Part shown: piece after piece, positions 50,393 through 59,170 of the stretch
Layout: each line of letters begins with the position of its first letter
Position numbering within the stretch: position 1 is the stretch's first letter
Assembly (NCBI GenBank): GCA_963716255.1
Contig: OY970303.1
Coordinates: forward strand, 3,232,001 to 3,296,000
Direction: 5' to 3'
Length of the DNA: 64,000 nt
Source of the DNA: an uncultured Gemmatimonadales bacterium
Lineage (GTDB): Bacteria > Gemmatimonadota > Gemmatimonadetes > Longimicrobiales > Longimicrobiaceae
Position numbers and translations under genes: made by a program
Notes under the pieces: generated by a model
The model's input: only the letters and a program-made list of their open reading frames with translations
Databases searched by the model: none
Told to the model about the DNA's origin: nothing

Positions 50393-51447
50393 GCCGCCTC
50401 GAGTTCTGCGTCATCTTTCATCTCCGGGAGCGTGCGTCCGGCGGCGAGCGCGAAGGGACGGAGGGCCCGCATCAGCTCGGCGAAGGCCGCCGGGCTGAGC
50501 GACTGGTCCCCGTCCGAGAGCGCTTTCTCCGGACACGGGTGGACTTCTACGATCAGGCCGTCGGCGCCCGCCGCCACGGCCGCGAAGGACAGGGGTGCGA
50601 CCAGGTCGGCGCGTCCGCCGGCGTGGCTGGGATCCACGATGACGGGGAGGTGCGTCTCCGCCTTGAGGACGGGGATTGCCGCGACGTCCAGCGTGTTGCG
50701 GGTGGAGGTCTCGAAGGTCCGGATCCCCCGCTCGCAGAGGATGACGTCGCGGTTGCCCTGCGCCATGACGTACTCGGCCGCCATGAGCAGCTCCTTGAGG
50801 GTGGCGGAGAGCCCCCGCTTGAGCAGGATGGGGCGCTGCACCCTTCCCAGCTCGGAGAGCAGGGAGAAGTTCTGCATGTTGCGGGCGCCCACCTGGAGCA
50901 CGTCGGCGTACTCGGCCACCAGCTCCACCTGGCGGGTGTCCATGACCTCGGTGACCACGGGGAGCCCGGTGCGGGCGCGCACGTCGGCCAGCAGCAGGAG
51001 CGCGGCCTTGCCCATCCCCTGGAAGGCGTAGGGCGAGGTGCGCGGCTTGAAGGCCCCGCCCCGCAGCATCCCCGCCCCGGAGGCCTGGATGGCCCGGGCG
51101 GTCTCTTCGAGCATCTCGCGCCCCTCCACCGAGCAGGGGCCGGCGATCACCGCCAGGGCACGCCCGCCGATGCTGGCGCCCGCACGGTCGCCCACGCGGA
51201 TCACGGTGGGCTCGGCGGCGAACTCGCGCGAGGCCATCTTGTACGGCTTCTGGATGGGGGTGACCGACTCCACCCCGGGGAGGGCGCGGAGCGCGGCCTC
51301 GGGGAGGACGGTCTCGTCGCCGATGCACCCCATGACGACCCGGTGCTCGCCGCGGGAGATGTGGGTGCGCAGGCCGTAGACCTCCACGCGCTCGCGGATG
51401 GCGTCGAGCTCGGAGTCGGTGATGTCGGGACGGGTGACGATGATCAT
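50389..51447 (-). CDS. aroF: DAHP synthase, type I-beta with N-terminal regulatory domain
   Basis: IAGPCSVE, RGGAFKPRTSPY, GARNMQN, LKRG, CERGIR, DPSH. Confidence 0.94.
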   Translation of the reverse strand: MIIVTRPDITDSELDAIRERVEVYGLRTHISRGEHRVVMGCIGDETVLPEAALRALPGVESVTPIQKPYKMASREFAAEPTVIRVGDRAGASIGGRALAVIAGPCSVEGREMLEETARAIQASGAGMLRGGAFKPRTSPYAFQGMGKAALLLLADVRARTGLPVVTEVMDTRQVELVAEYADVLQVGARNMQNFSLLSELGRVQRPILLKRGLSATLKELLMAAEYVMAQGNRDVILCERGIRTFETSTRNTLDVAAIPVLKAETHLPVIVDPSHAGGRADLVAPLSFAAVAAGADGLIVEVHPCPEKALSDGDQSLSPAAFAELMRALRPFALAAGRTLPEMKDDAELEAA

Positions 51448-52196
51448 GATTCCTCCAGTCGGCGCTCGGCTTCCTTGACGGCGTGGAAGAGCTGCTCGAA
51501 GGAATCGACCACGAACAGCACGTCCTGGAACCTGTCGATCTCGAAGTGCTGGTCCATCACGGCGTCCAGCTCGAACGGGCGGCGGTCGCAGCGGGGCCCC
51601 AGCGCGTTGGCCGCGTCCCCGATGGAGGAGATCAGCCCGCTCCCGTACACCTTGGTCCGTCCGTCCTCGTGCACCAGCCCGAACTCCACGGTGAACCAGA
51701 AGAGGCGGGCCATGCGGGTCATGTCCTCGTCGCTCCGGGCCTTCATCGCTGCCCTGCCGAAGGCCTGGAGGAAGTCCCCGAACACCGGGTCGGCGTGCAG
51801 CGGCACGTGGCCGAAGACGTCGTGGAAGATGTCCGGCTCGGGGAGGTACTCCAGCTGCTCGCGCGGCCGGACGATGATGGTGGTGGGGAACATGCGCTGC
51901 GCCAGGCAGCCGAAGAAGTCCCGCGCCGGGATGAAGCCACGGACCGGCATGGACCGCCACCCGGTGCGGGCGCCCAGCCGCCGGTTGACGTCGGCAAGCT
52001 CGGGAACGCAGTCGCGGCGCAGCCCGATGGTCTCGGCCCCTTCCAGGAAGACGCGGCTCCCGTTGTGGAGCAGCTCCTTCATGCGGCGCTCGTAGAGGAT
52101 GCCCCAGGTCTCGTGCTCCTCGGGAGTGTAGGCTGCCCAGTCCTGCACGGTGAAGATCCCTGGATCGACGCCGGCTTCCTCTGCGACTGCTTGCAT
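51444..52196 (-). CDS. phhA: Phenylalanine 4-monooxygenase
   Basis: YLPEPDIFHDVFGHVP, LFWFTVEFGL, YGSGLISS. Confidence 0.93.
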   Translation of the reverse strand: MQAVAEEAGVDPGIFTVQDWAAYTPEEHETWGILYERRMKELLHNGSRVFLEGAETIGLRRDCVPELADVNRRLGARTGWRSMPVRGFIPARDFFGCLAQRMFPTTIIVRPREQLEYLPEPDIFHDVFGHVPLHADPVFGDFLQAFGRAAMKARSDEDMTRMARLFWFTVEFGLVHEDGRTKVYGSGLISSIGDAANALGPRCDRRPFELDAVMDQHFEIDRFQDVLFVVDSFEQLFHAVKEAERRLEES

Positions 52197-52311
52197 CAGG
52201 ACCTCCCGGGCTCTCGCCCCGACGTATGAAGGCGATGGAATCTCAGGCACACCCCCCGGGTGGGATGGGCCGCGTGGTGTGTGGCGGGAAATGTGCCGGT
52301 GTCTCCAGGCA

Positions 52312-52340
52312 ACTATAGATCTGAATGAGACAGGCGTCAA
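52312..52340 (-). promoter_or_regulatory. Sigma70-type promoter of the phhA-aroF operon
   Basis: TTGACG-N17-TATAGT. Confidence 0.75.
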
Positions 52341-52513
52341 GCACTTCGTAGAAGGGCCCATGCTTGTTGGAGATAGGAAGCGGCCCCGGAACGAACGTCG
52401 CCGGCCGGGGCGCCGCCCGTGTTTCCCGGCACCGGGCCCGGAGGTGGGGCGCCGGTGTCCCACCCCGGGGCGCTCGCGCCGCATGGGCCCGGGCGGGGGG
52501 CTGGGGAGGAGGC

Positions 52514-52551
52514 AAAAAAAGGGGGCGGCCCGCGAGTGTCACGGGCCGCCC
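52514..52551 (-). terminator. Intrinsic terminator
   Basis: GGGCGGCCCG/CGGGCCGCCC stem followed by T7 on the minus strand. Confidence 0.75.
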
Positions 52552-52591
52552 GGCGACGTCCGGACCCTCTCGGATCTCGCGGCCGCGCCGC

Positions 52592-52626
52592 AGCCTGACC
52601 CCGCGTGAGCGGGGGCACGCCCGGAC
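52592..52626 (+). repeat. Repeat family A, partial (terminal hairpin only)
   Basis: AGCCTGACCCCGCGTGAGCGGGGGCACGCCCG. Confidence 0.7.
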
Positions 52627-52660
52627 CCTGCCGTTCAACCCGACTCAGTAGAACCCGGGA

Positions 52661-53272
52661 TCAGGGGTCTTCCCGCAGGTGCCCGGTGGCGACCGCCTGC
52701 TCCACGACGGCGAGCACCCGGGGCCAGAGCCCGGGCGCGCCGGTGCGGATGGGCTCCATGCGGCGGAGCACCTGGCCGCGCGCGATGCCGTGGGCGCGCC
52801 AGCTCCCGCCGCCGGAGTGGAGGTTCTGGAGGAGCGGCTGGAAGCGGTCCAGCGCGACGGCGAAGCGTGCGTCGGGGGTCACCCCGGCCTCGAACTCCTC
52901 CCACAGCGCGCGCAGCCCGGCGGCCTGCTCCGCGGGGAGGAGCCCGAAGACGCGCTCCGCCGCGGCCCGCTCGCGCTCCTCCCTGCCCACGTTGGCCGCG
53001 GCGTCGTAGCAGAAGGCGTCCCCGGCGTCGATCTCCACCAGGTCGTGCACCAGCACCATGGTCATGGTGCGCGCGACGTCCACCGGGGCCCCGGCGTGCT
53101 CGGCGAGGAGCGCGGCCATCAACGCCAGGTGCCAGGAGTGCTCGGCGCTGTTCTCCTGCCGGGAGGCGTCGGTCAGGAGGGTCTGGCGGAGCACCGTCTT
53201 GAGCCGGTCGATCTCCACCACGAAGCGGAGCTGTTGCGCGAGCCGGTCGTCGTGCGTGGATGTCGGTTGCAT
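52661..53272 (-). CDS. HD-domain phosphohydrolase (HD_3)
   Basis: EIDRLK, ENSAEHSWH, LVHDLVEIDAGD, LDRFQP. Confidence 0.92.
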   Translation of the reverse strand: MQPTSTHDDRLAQQLRFVVEIDRLKTVLRQTLLTDASRQENSAEHSWHLALMAALLAEHAGAPVDVARTMTMVLVHDLVEIDAGDAFCYDAAANVGREERERAAAERVFGLLPAEQAAGLRALWEEFEAGVTPDARFAVALDRFQPLLQNLHSGGGSWRAHGIARGQVLRRMEPIRTGAPGLWPRVLAVVEQAVATGHLREDP

Positions 53273-53292
53273 GGCGGCTGGGTTCTGGGCGT

Positions 53293-53440
53293 GGGGCCGC
53301 TCTGGAGCCGGACGATACTGCCGTCCGTCTCCTGCGCGGGCTCCGGGAGCCCCGCGATACTGCTGCGGGTCTCCCTCCGCCGGAGTGAGCCAGCCGAAAC
53401 AACCCGGCTGTCTCCCTCCGCAACGGATCATGAGGGTACT
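53293..53440 (+). repeat. Repeat family B, copy 4 (three modules)
   Basis: Stems CGGACG, CCCGCG/TGCGGG, CAGCCG/CGGCTG; loops ATACTGC, ATACTGC, AAACAACC. Confidence 0.9.
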
Positions 53441-53548
53441 ACTGACCTGCGAACGGCCGCGTCCGCCGTTTCGAGCCTCGCGAGAAGCTATCTCCCGGCC
53501 GGCTCGGGCTCAACCGTGCCGCCCCGTCCCGTGCCGGGTGGGTACAAG

Positions 53549-53583
53549 AAAAAGCCCGGCCCTCTCGCGGGAGAGGGCCGGGT
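53549..53583 (-). terminator. Intrinsic terminator
   Basis: CCCGGCCCTCTC/GAGAGGGCCGGG stem followed by T5 on the minus strand. Confidence 0.8.
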
Positions 53584-53645
53584 GGAAGCCTGTCGGATCG
53601 TCCGGAAATCGGTTCAACTGAACCACTCCGGACGACGACCGGCGG

Positions 53646-54095
53646 CTACGGGTGGTGGAGCGAGACGTAGCACTGCCCGCTGGACTCGGTCACGTACATG
53701 TCCTGGTCCCCGGCGCTGACCTGGATCTGGACGACGGTGCCGTCGTCGCTCGAACGGAGGTCGCAGTAGAAGTTGGTCTTGCACGTCCACTTCCCCGCGT
53801 TGTCGCCGCCGACGGCGGTGAACTCGATCCACCAGTAGTCGTGGCTGGCGCCCAGCCCGGTGACGAACTGGATCTGGAAGCGGCCGCTCTGCGCCCCCTT
53901 GGCGAGCTGCCCGAGGGAGAGGGTGTCCACGTGGTCGCCGGAGGTGTGCTTCAGGGTGACGCTGGTGATGTCCACGTCCCAGTTGTTGAGCAGGTACGCC
54001 TCGCAGCGGTGGTTGGAGGAGGTGACCCCTCCCTCCACGTAGTCCTGCTCCTTGCCACCCTTGATGCAGACGGATTCGGCGGCGACATCGTTCAT
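53646..54095 (-). CDS. Cys-containing beta-rich protein, possible PUD-1/PUD-2-like domain
   Basis: 149 aa; GAGGA RBS; own terminator; motifs VTLKH, QFVTGLGASHDYWWIEF, LRSSDDG. Confidence 0.75.
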   Translation of the reverse strand: MNDVAAESVCIKGGKEQDYVEGGVTSSNHRCEAYLLNNWDVDITSVTLKHTSGDHVDTLSLGQLAKGAQSGRFQIQFVTGLGASHDYWWIEFTAVGGDNAGKWTCKTNFYCDLRSSDDGTVVQIQVSAGDQDMYVTESSGQCYVSLHHP

Positions 54096-54238
54096 CGGTT
54101 CCTCGCTAGGTGAGTGTGACTGCGATCCCACGGGTGTGCCACACTCCAGTATCGGCGGCATCGCTCTCGTCTTTAGCGCCGCGCCCGATGTTCCCGGGCG
54201 CCGCGGCCCTCGCCGCGTTATCATGGGGGAGGACGCCC

Positions 54239-54374
54239 CTCGCGTGAGGGATTTCGGCCCGGAGGGGCGAGACCCGGCGGTAGTTTGCCGGGGCTCGACT
54301 CCGTTAGCCCGCGTTGTTTGCGGGCTTACGGAGCCGAAGCCCGACCCCGGCGCCAGCCGGGGGCACGCCCAAAC
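54239..54374 (+). repeat. Repeat family A, copy 7
   Basis: Stem A CCCGGC/GCCGGG; stem B AGCCCGC/GCGGGCT. Confidence 0.96.
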
Positions 54375-54414
54375 GAGCCGTTCGTTCCGCCGTACACGTA
54401 AACGGAGGCTGCGC

Positions 54415-55590
54415 ATGAAGCAGAAGCGGCACCACCCGGTGGTCCGCGTGACGCACTGGGTGGCGGTGGCGGCGATCCTGGCGATGGTGGGCTCGGGGCT
54501 GCGCATCTTCAACGCGTACCCGCGCTTCGCCCGCCGCGGCGAGAGCTTCTGCTGCTGGCCGTGGGAGAGCACGCCCATCCCGCCCTGGCTCACCTTCGGC
54601 GGGTGGCTGGCGGGGGCGCGCAACTGGCACTTCGCGATGATGTGGGTGCTGGTGGCGAACGGGCTGGTGTACCTGGGGTGGATCTGGCTGCACGGCGAAT
54701 GGCGCGATTTGGTCCCCCGCCGCGGCGACGCGCGGGACGCGTGGGAGATGGTGAAGTTCTACCTGTTCGTGCGGCGCGACCACCCGCGCCAGGGGAAGCA
54801 CAACGCCCTCCAGAAGCTGGCCTACTTTGCCATGCCGCTGGTGGCCGGGCTGATCGTGCTGACCGGGCTGGCCATCTGGAAGCCGGTGTCGCTGGGCGGG
54901 CTCACCGCGCTCTTCGGCGGCTACGCGTGGGCGCGCTACTGGCACTTCCTGCTCATGCTGGCGCTGGTGGGGCTGGCCGCCGGGCACGTGTTCATGGTTC
55001 TCACCGTGGACCCCTACTCGCTGCGCTCCATGCTCACCGGGGGCTACGCCGAGCGCCTTTCCCCGGAGGCGCGCGACGCCCGCCCGTTCTACCACCTCCT
55101 TCCGCGCCGGACGGCGGCGCGCTCCCCCCTGCCGGAGACCCCCCATGCACCCGATGGACCGACGCGGCTTCCTGCGCCTGGGCGGCGCCACGCTGGCGGC
55201 GCTGATGGCGGCGTGCGACTCGCAGGGGCCGGAGGCGGCGAAGCCGCTGCTGCGCTGGGCGGAGCGGCGGAACGAGGGAGTGGAGCGGGTGCTCTTCCGC
55301 CACGCGGCCATGGACACGCCGGAGAGCCGGGCGCTGGCCGGGAGGGCGCTGCCGAGCTACTTCATCTCCCCCCGGGTGCCGGTGTGGGACGAGGCGGCCC
55401 GGGGGCGGTGGACGCTGGAGGTGGCGGGGCTGGTGCGGCGCCCGCTGCGGCTGACGCTCCCGGAGCTGATGCGGCTGCCGCGGGTGACGCAGCGGGTGAA
55501 CCACTACTGCGTGGAGGGGTGGACGGCGGTGACGGAGTGGACGGGGGTGCGGGTGGCGACGCTGGCGAGGGCCGCGGGGGCGCTCCCTGA
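54415..55590 (+). CDS. Cytochrome b/b6 domain protein; 3' end doubtful (long overlap with the next gene)
   Basis: VRVTHW, GSGLRIFNA, GGWLAGARNWHF, KHNALQKLAY, YWHF, GHVFM; family-like part ends near 55150. Confidence 0.8.
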   Translation: MKQKRHHPVVRVTHWVAVAAILAMVGSGLRIFNAYPRFARRGESFCCWPWESTPIPPWLTFGGWLAGARNWHFAMMWVLVANGLVYLGWIWLHGEWRDLVPRRGDARDAWEMVKFYLFVRRDHPRQGKHNALQKLAYFAMPLVAGLIVLTGLAIWKPVSLGGLTALFGGYAWARYWHFLLMLALVGLAAGHVFMVLTVDPYSLRSMLTGGYAERLSPEARDARPFYHLLPRRTAARSPLPETPHAPDGPTRLPAPGRRHAGGADGGVRLAGAGGGEAAAALGGAAERGSGAGALPPRGHGHAGEPGAGREGAAELLHLPPGAGVGRGGPGAVDAGGGGAGAAPAAADAPGADAAAAGDAAGEPLLRGGVDGGDGVDGGAGGDAGEGRGGAP

Positions 55591-55855
55591 GGCGCGCTAC
55601 GTGGACTTCCAGTCGTTCGACGCGGGGTACCACGAGAGCTGGGACCTGGAAAGCGCCACCCACCCGCAGACGCTGGTGGCCTACGGCGGCGACGGCAGGG
55701 CACTGGGCCCGGCGCACGGGGCCCCGGCGCGGCTGCACTCGCCCGTGAAGCTGGGCTACAAGAGCGTCAAGTACCTGACCCGCGTGGTGTTCCTGGCGGA
55801 GCGCAACGGGGGCTACTGGAGCGACCGGGGGTACGAGTGGTACGCGGGGACGTGA
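55145..55855 (+). CDS. Molybdopterin-dependent oxidoreductase (sulfite oxidase/MsrP-like) with Tat signal
   Basis: DRRGFL, HYCVEGW, HPQTLVAY, HGAPARL, KLGYKSVK, GGYWSDRGYEWYAG. Confidence 0.92.
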   Translation: MHPMDRRGFLRLGGATLAALMAACDSQGPEAAKPLLRWAERRNEGVERVLFRHAAMDTPESRALAGRALPSYFISPRVPVWDEAARGRWTLEVAGLVRRPLRLTLPELMRLPRVTQRVNHYCVEGWTAVTEWTGVRVATLARAAGALPEARYVDFQSFDAGYHESWDLESATHPQTLVAYGGDGRALGPAHGAPARLHSPVKLGYKSVKYLTRVVFLAERNGGYWSDRGYEWYAGT

Positions 55856-55889
55856 CGAGGCTTGCTGCTTTTACGGCTTGGAACTGCTG

Positions 55890-56025
55890 GTTTGGGCGTG
55901 CCCCCGGCTGGCGCCGGGGTCGGGCTTCGGCTCCGTAGGGCTGCAAACAACGCAGCCCAACGGAGTCGAGCCCGCGCAAACAGCCGCGCGGTCTCGCCCC
56001 TTCGGGCCGAAATCCCTCACGCGGG
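55890..56025 (-). repeat. Repeat family A, copy 8
   Basis: Stem A CCGCGC/GCGCGG; stem B GGGCTGC/GCAGCCC. Confidence 0.97.
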
Positions 56026-56110
56026 CATCGCGCTGGCGTCGGCGGGAGGCGCCGTGGTTACCCGGGAAGGGCGGACGGTGGGAGCACGCGCCACCTCCGT
56101 CCGCCGGTGC

Positions 56111-56873
56111 TCATGCCGCGCGGCAGATGCATACCTGGTGACGGCTGGCGGCCGTGAACGCGCCGCCCGCGAGGTCGCCGTGGCGGCTTTCCAGTCGCAT
56201 TCCCCCGGCGGCCAGGAGCAGCGGCAGCTCCTGCGGAAAGATGCTGCGCAGGTGGAGCGGGGCGACCAGGAAATCCGGCTCGCCGGCCGCGGAGAAGTGC
56301 CACGCGGCGCGGTTCACCTGCGTGGCCGCGTCGTAGTCGCCGGTCGCCTCGATGCGGACCTCGCCGCGGCGGGGGTGCCGCACCTGCATCACCGGAAATC
56401 GCTCGCCCGGCGGGCGCGCCAGGATCGCCACGTCCGGGTTGAAGACGTCGAAGACGAAGGCGCCGCCCGGGAGCAGGTGGCGCCGCACGCTGGCGAGGCA
56501 GGCCAGGAAGTCGTCCACCGCGTGCAGGTGGAGCAGCGAGTTGCGGGCCACGTACACCAGCGCGAACCGCTCCCCCAGGTCGAAGCCGCGCATGTCGCCC
56601 TCCACGAGCCGCACGTCGGTGGCCTCCGCGGCGGCGCGGGCCCGCGCCGCCGCGAGCATGGCCGCGGACAGGTCCAGCCCCGTTGCCTTCGTCCAGCCCC
56701 GTGGCCTTCGTCCCGCCCCGCGCGATGGGGACCAGCAGCTGGCCGGTGCCGCAGGCCAGCTCCAGCACGGGCCCGCCCGCGCCCCGCGCCAGCCCGGCGT
56801 AGTACGGGCCGTACGCGCCCGGCGAGAAGAGCAGGTCGTACAGCTCGGGATCGGAGTAGAACGGATCGCTCAT
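56111..56873 (-). pseudogene. Class I SAM-dependent methyltransferase disrupted by a 19-bp tandem duplication
   Basis: VLELACGTG in one frame, GDMRGFDL...HLLPGG in another; duplication at 56672-56709. Confidence 0.85.
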
Positions 56874-56897
56874 CGGAGGGCGCGAGGGGGTGTGTGG

Positions 56898-57500
56898 CTA
56901 CAGGCGGGCGAGCCAGGGGTGCCCGGCGTGGACCTGCTCCAGGGCTGCGCGCAGCCATTCGCGGCGGGCGCGGCCGAGCCCGTCCCGCGCGGTGGCGAAG
57001 TCGCGCTCGTCCTGGGGGCGGAGGTGCTTGGCCTTGTACAGCAGGACCACGGCGGGGCACAGAACGGCGAGCCCGGCCGCTGCGCGCACGATCACCCGGT
57101 CCGCCGGGCACCGCACGCGCGCGTCGCGCCGGAACACCCACTCCCCGCCCTCGCGCTCGTTGAGGAGGAGCTCCAGTTCGGGACCCGGTCCGCCGGGAGG
57201 GCTCGCGTACACCTCGTGCACGGGCGGGAGCAGCCACTCGCCTGCGGGCCAGTCCACGACCCGGCCGTCGGCTACCTTGCGGAAGCTCCACCCGGCCAGA
57301 TGCTCGCGGAGGCGTGCCTGGTCGTCCCGGAACAGCGCCAGGTCCAGGTCGCCGTGGGGGCGTGTGGCGCGCCCCAGGAACAGGTCCAGCGCCCACCCCC
57401 CGGCGACGCACCACGGCGCGCCGAAGCCGCGCATGGCCTCGGCCGCCACGAGCAGGCTGGGCGGGGGAAACCCGCCGGGTGCGGAAGGCGCCACGCCCAT
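56898..57500 (-). CDS. Nucleotidyltransferase domain protein (aminoglycoside/lincosamide NTase-like fold)
   Basis: WCVAGGWALDLFLG..RPHGDLD, VLLYKAK, DERDF. Confidence 0.85.
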   Translation of the reverse strand: MGVAPSAPGGFPPPSLLVAAEAMRGFGAPWCVAGGWALDLFLGRATRPHGDLDLALFRDDQARLREHLAGWSFRKVADGRVVDWPAGEWLLPPVHEVYASPPGGPGPELELLLNEREGGEWVFRRDARVRCPADRVIVRAAAGLAVLCPAVVLLYKAKHLRPQDERDFATARDGLGRARREWLRAALEQVHAGHPWLARL

Positions 57501-57511
57501 CGCCGCGTGCG

Positions 57512-57676
57512 TCAGCTGGGGTCGGGGGCGCCCGGCTCGCGGCCGGTGTAGCCGAAGCTCACCTGGTCGCGCGCCTGGGACCCGTCGCCGTGGCTCTCCC
57601 GGCCCACCTTTTCCCAGCCGCGCTCCACCTGCGCTTCCACCTGCTCGAAGGGGCCTTCTCTCCGCTCCTGTGTCAT
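57512..57676 (-). CDS. Small hypothetical protein, 54 aa
   Basis: MTQERREGPFEQVEAQVERGWEK...; strong GGGAGGGAG RBS. Confidence 0.55.
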   Translation of the reverse strand: MTQERREGPFEQVEAQVERGWEKVGRESHGDGSQARDQVSFGYTGREPGAPDPS

Positions 57677-57760
57677 CGCTCCCTCCCTGAACGGGTGTGC
57701 CGCGCTCCCTCCGGCGCGCGGGGAGGCGAGCCCGCGGCAAGGAGCGCGCCGGCCGGGCAC

Positions 57761-58534
57761 TCAGGCGGGCGGGTCCGGGCGGTCGACGGGAAGCGGCCAG
57801 GCGGTGTCCAGGATGGTGATCTTCTGCCAGATCTTGCGGGACAGGTCCGCGGTGAGGCTCTCGACGTCGTTGACGGCGCCGAGCACCACCGGGTCCTGAA
57901 GGTGCTGGGCGTGCAGCGCGGCGAGCTTGCTGGTGAGGGCGAGCAGCTCGGAGCAGTAGTCCAGGTAGCGGGCCAGCTGCTCGCGGGACAGGCCGCGCCT
58001 GGGGGAGGAGGGCGTTGCGCCCAGGGGCCGGAGCGCGTGGTCCGGGTCCTTGGTGAGCTGGTGCATGTCCACCACGTGGGCGATGCTGCGCAGCCGGTGC
58101 AGCATGCGCAGCGCGGTGCGCCGCTTGAGGCGGGTCTCCAGCGAGGCCAGGAAGAGCACCACGAGCGACAGGAAGATCAGCTCGTTGATGGCGGCGTCGA
58201 TCCCCTGCACCAGGTCGGCGGCGCCGCCGATGCCGCCGGCGGCCATGCGCACGAACTGCCTCCCGGCCCACAAGGACACGGCCACCACCGCCGCGATCCC
58301 CACGCCGATGAGCGTCCGCAGCCACCAGAGCGGGTGCCGCAGGCGCTCCACCACGGCCTCGTTCTGGGCGGCCAGGCTCGACAGCTCCCCGGCGAGGCGG
58401 CCGAGCCCGGAGCCGGGGAAGCGCTCGTGGATGCGCCGCTCCAGCTGCACGATGGTGGCGCGCACCGGCGCCGACCGCAGCTCGCCGTACGAGAACGCGC
58501 CCGCGGAGGGCGCCTCCGGGGGGCCGGGGCTCAC
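57761..58534 (-). CDS. Hypothetical membrane protein
   Basis: RFPGSGL, LRSIAHVVDMHQLTKDP, RYLDYCSELL, RKIWQKI; two TM helices. Confidence 0.85.
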   Translation of the reverse strand: MSPGPPEAPSAGAFSYGELRSAPVRATIVQLERRIHERFPGSGLGRLAGELSSLAAQNEAVVERLRHPLWWLRTLIGVGIAAVVAVSLWAGRQFVRMAAGGIGGAADLVQGIDAAINELIFLSLVVLFLASLETRLKRRTALRMLHRLRSIAHVVDMHQLTKDPDHALRPLGATPSSPRRGLSREQLARYLDYCSELLALTSKLAALHAQHLQDPVVLGAVNDVESLTADLSRKIWQKITILDTAWPLPVDRPDPPA

Positions 58535-59072
58535 CGCCACGCCGGCACCCGGGCGTGCACCGCGTCCGCGAGCGCGGCGAGCGCGGCCCGCACCCGCGCG
58601 GACGCCTCCGGGTCCGCCGCGATGGCCGCGGCGTCCAGCCCCCGCGCCAATAGCGGCACCGCCACCGATGCCCCCTCCACCACCCTCCCGGACATGGTGC
58701 GCACCGTTTCCGCCAGCGAGGCCTGCGCGTGGACGGCGCGGGGCGAGGCGTTGAGGAGGGCGACGGGCTTGCCCACGAACTCCGGGCCGCCCACCAGCCA
58801 GTCCAGCGCGTTCTTGAGCGCGCCGGGGACGCCGTGGGCGTACTCCGGGCTGGACACCAGCAGCCCGTCCGCCGCGCCCACCCGGGCGCGCAGGTCGGCG
58901 GCGGCGGGGGGAGCTCGCCGGCTTCCAGGTCGGGGTTGAAGTGCGGGAGGGCACCCAGCCCGGTGTACGGCACCACCTGCATGCCGGCGGGCGCGAGCAG
59001 CGCGGCGGCCCGGAGCAGCTCGGTGTTGGACGAGACCGCCCGGAGGCTGCCGGAGATGGCGAGGATTCGCAC
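58531..59072 (-). CDS. NADPH-dependent FMN reductase, frameshifted at the homopolymer 58906-58911
   Basis: ILAISGSLR...LPHFNPD in one frame, SPEYAHGVPGALKNALDWL in the next; one extra C restores ELPPAAADL. Confidence 0.85.
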
Positions 59073-59170
59073 GGGTGCGGGAGGTTCGGGCGTGGGCGCG
59101 GCGCCGGGCTCGCGGGCGCTCCCCAAAGCTCGGGCGCACGCGGCCGCTCCGCAACTCCCGCGTGGCGCGC

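Noticed and set aside
58906..58911. FMN reductase as a true pseudogene
   Set aside because: Both halves are intact and one extra C restores the protein; probable sequencing error
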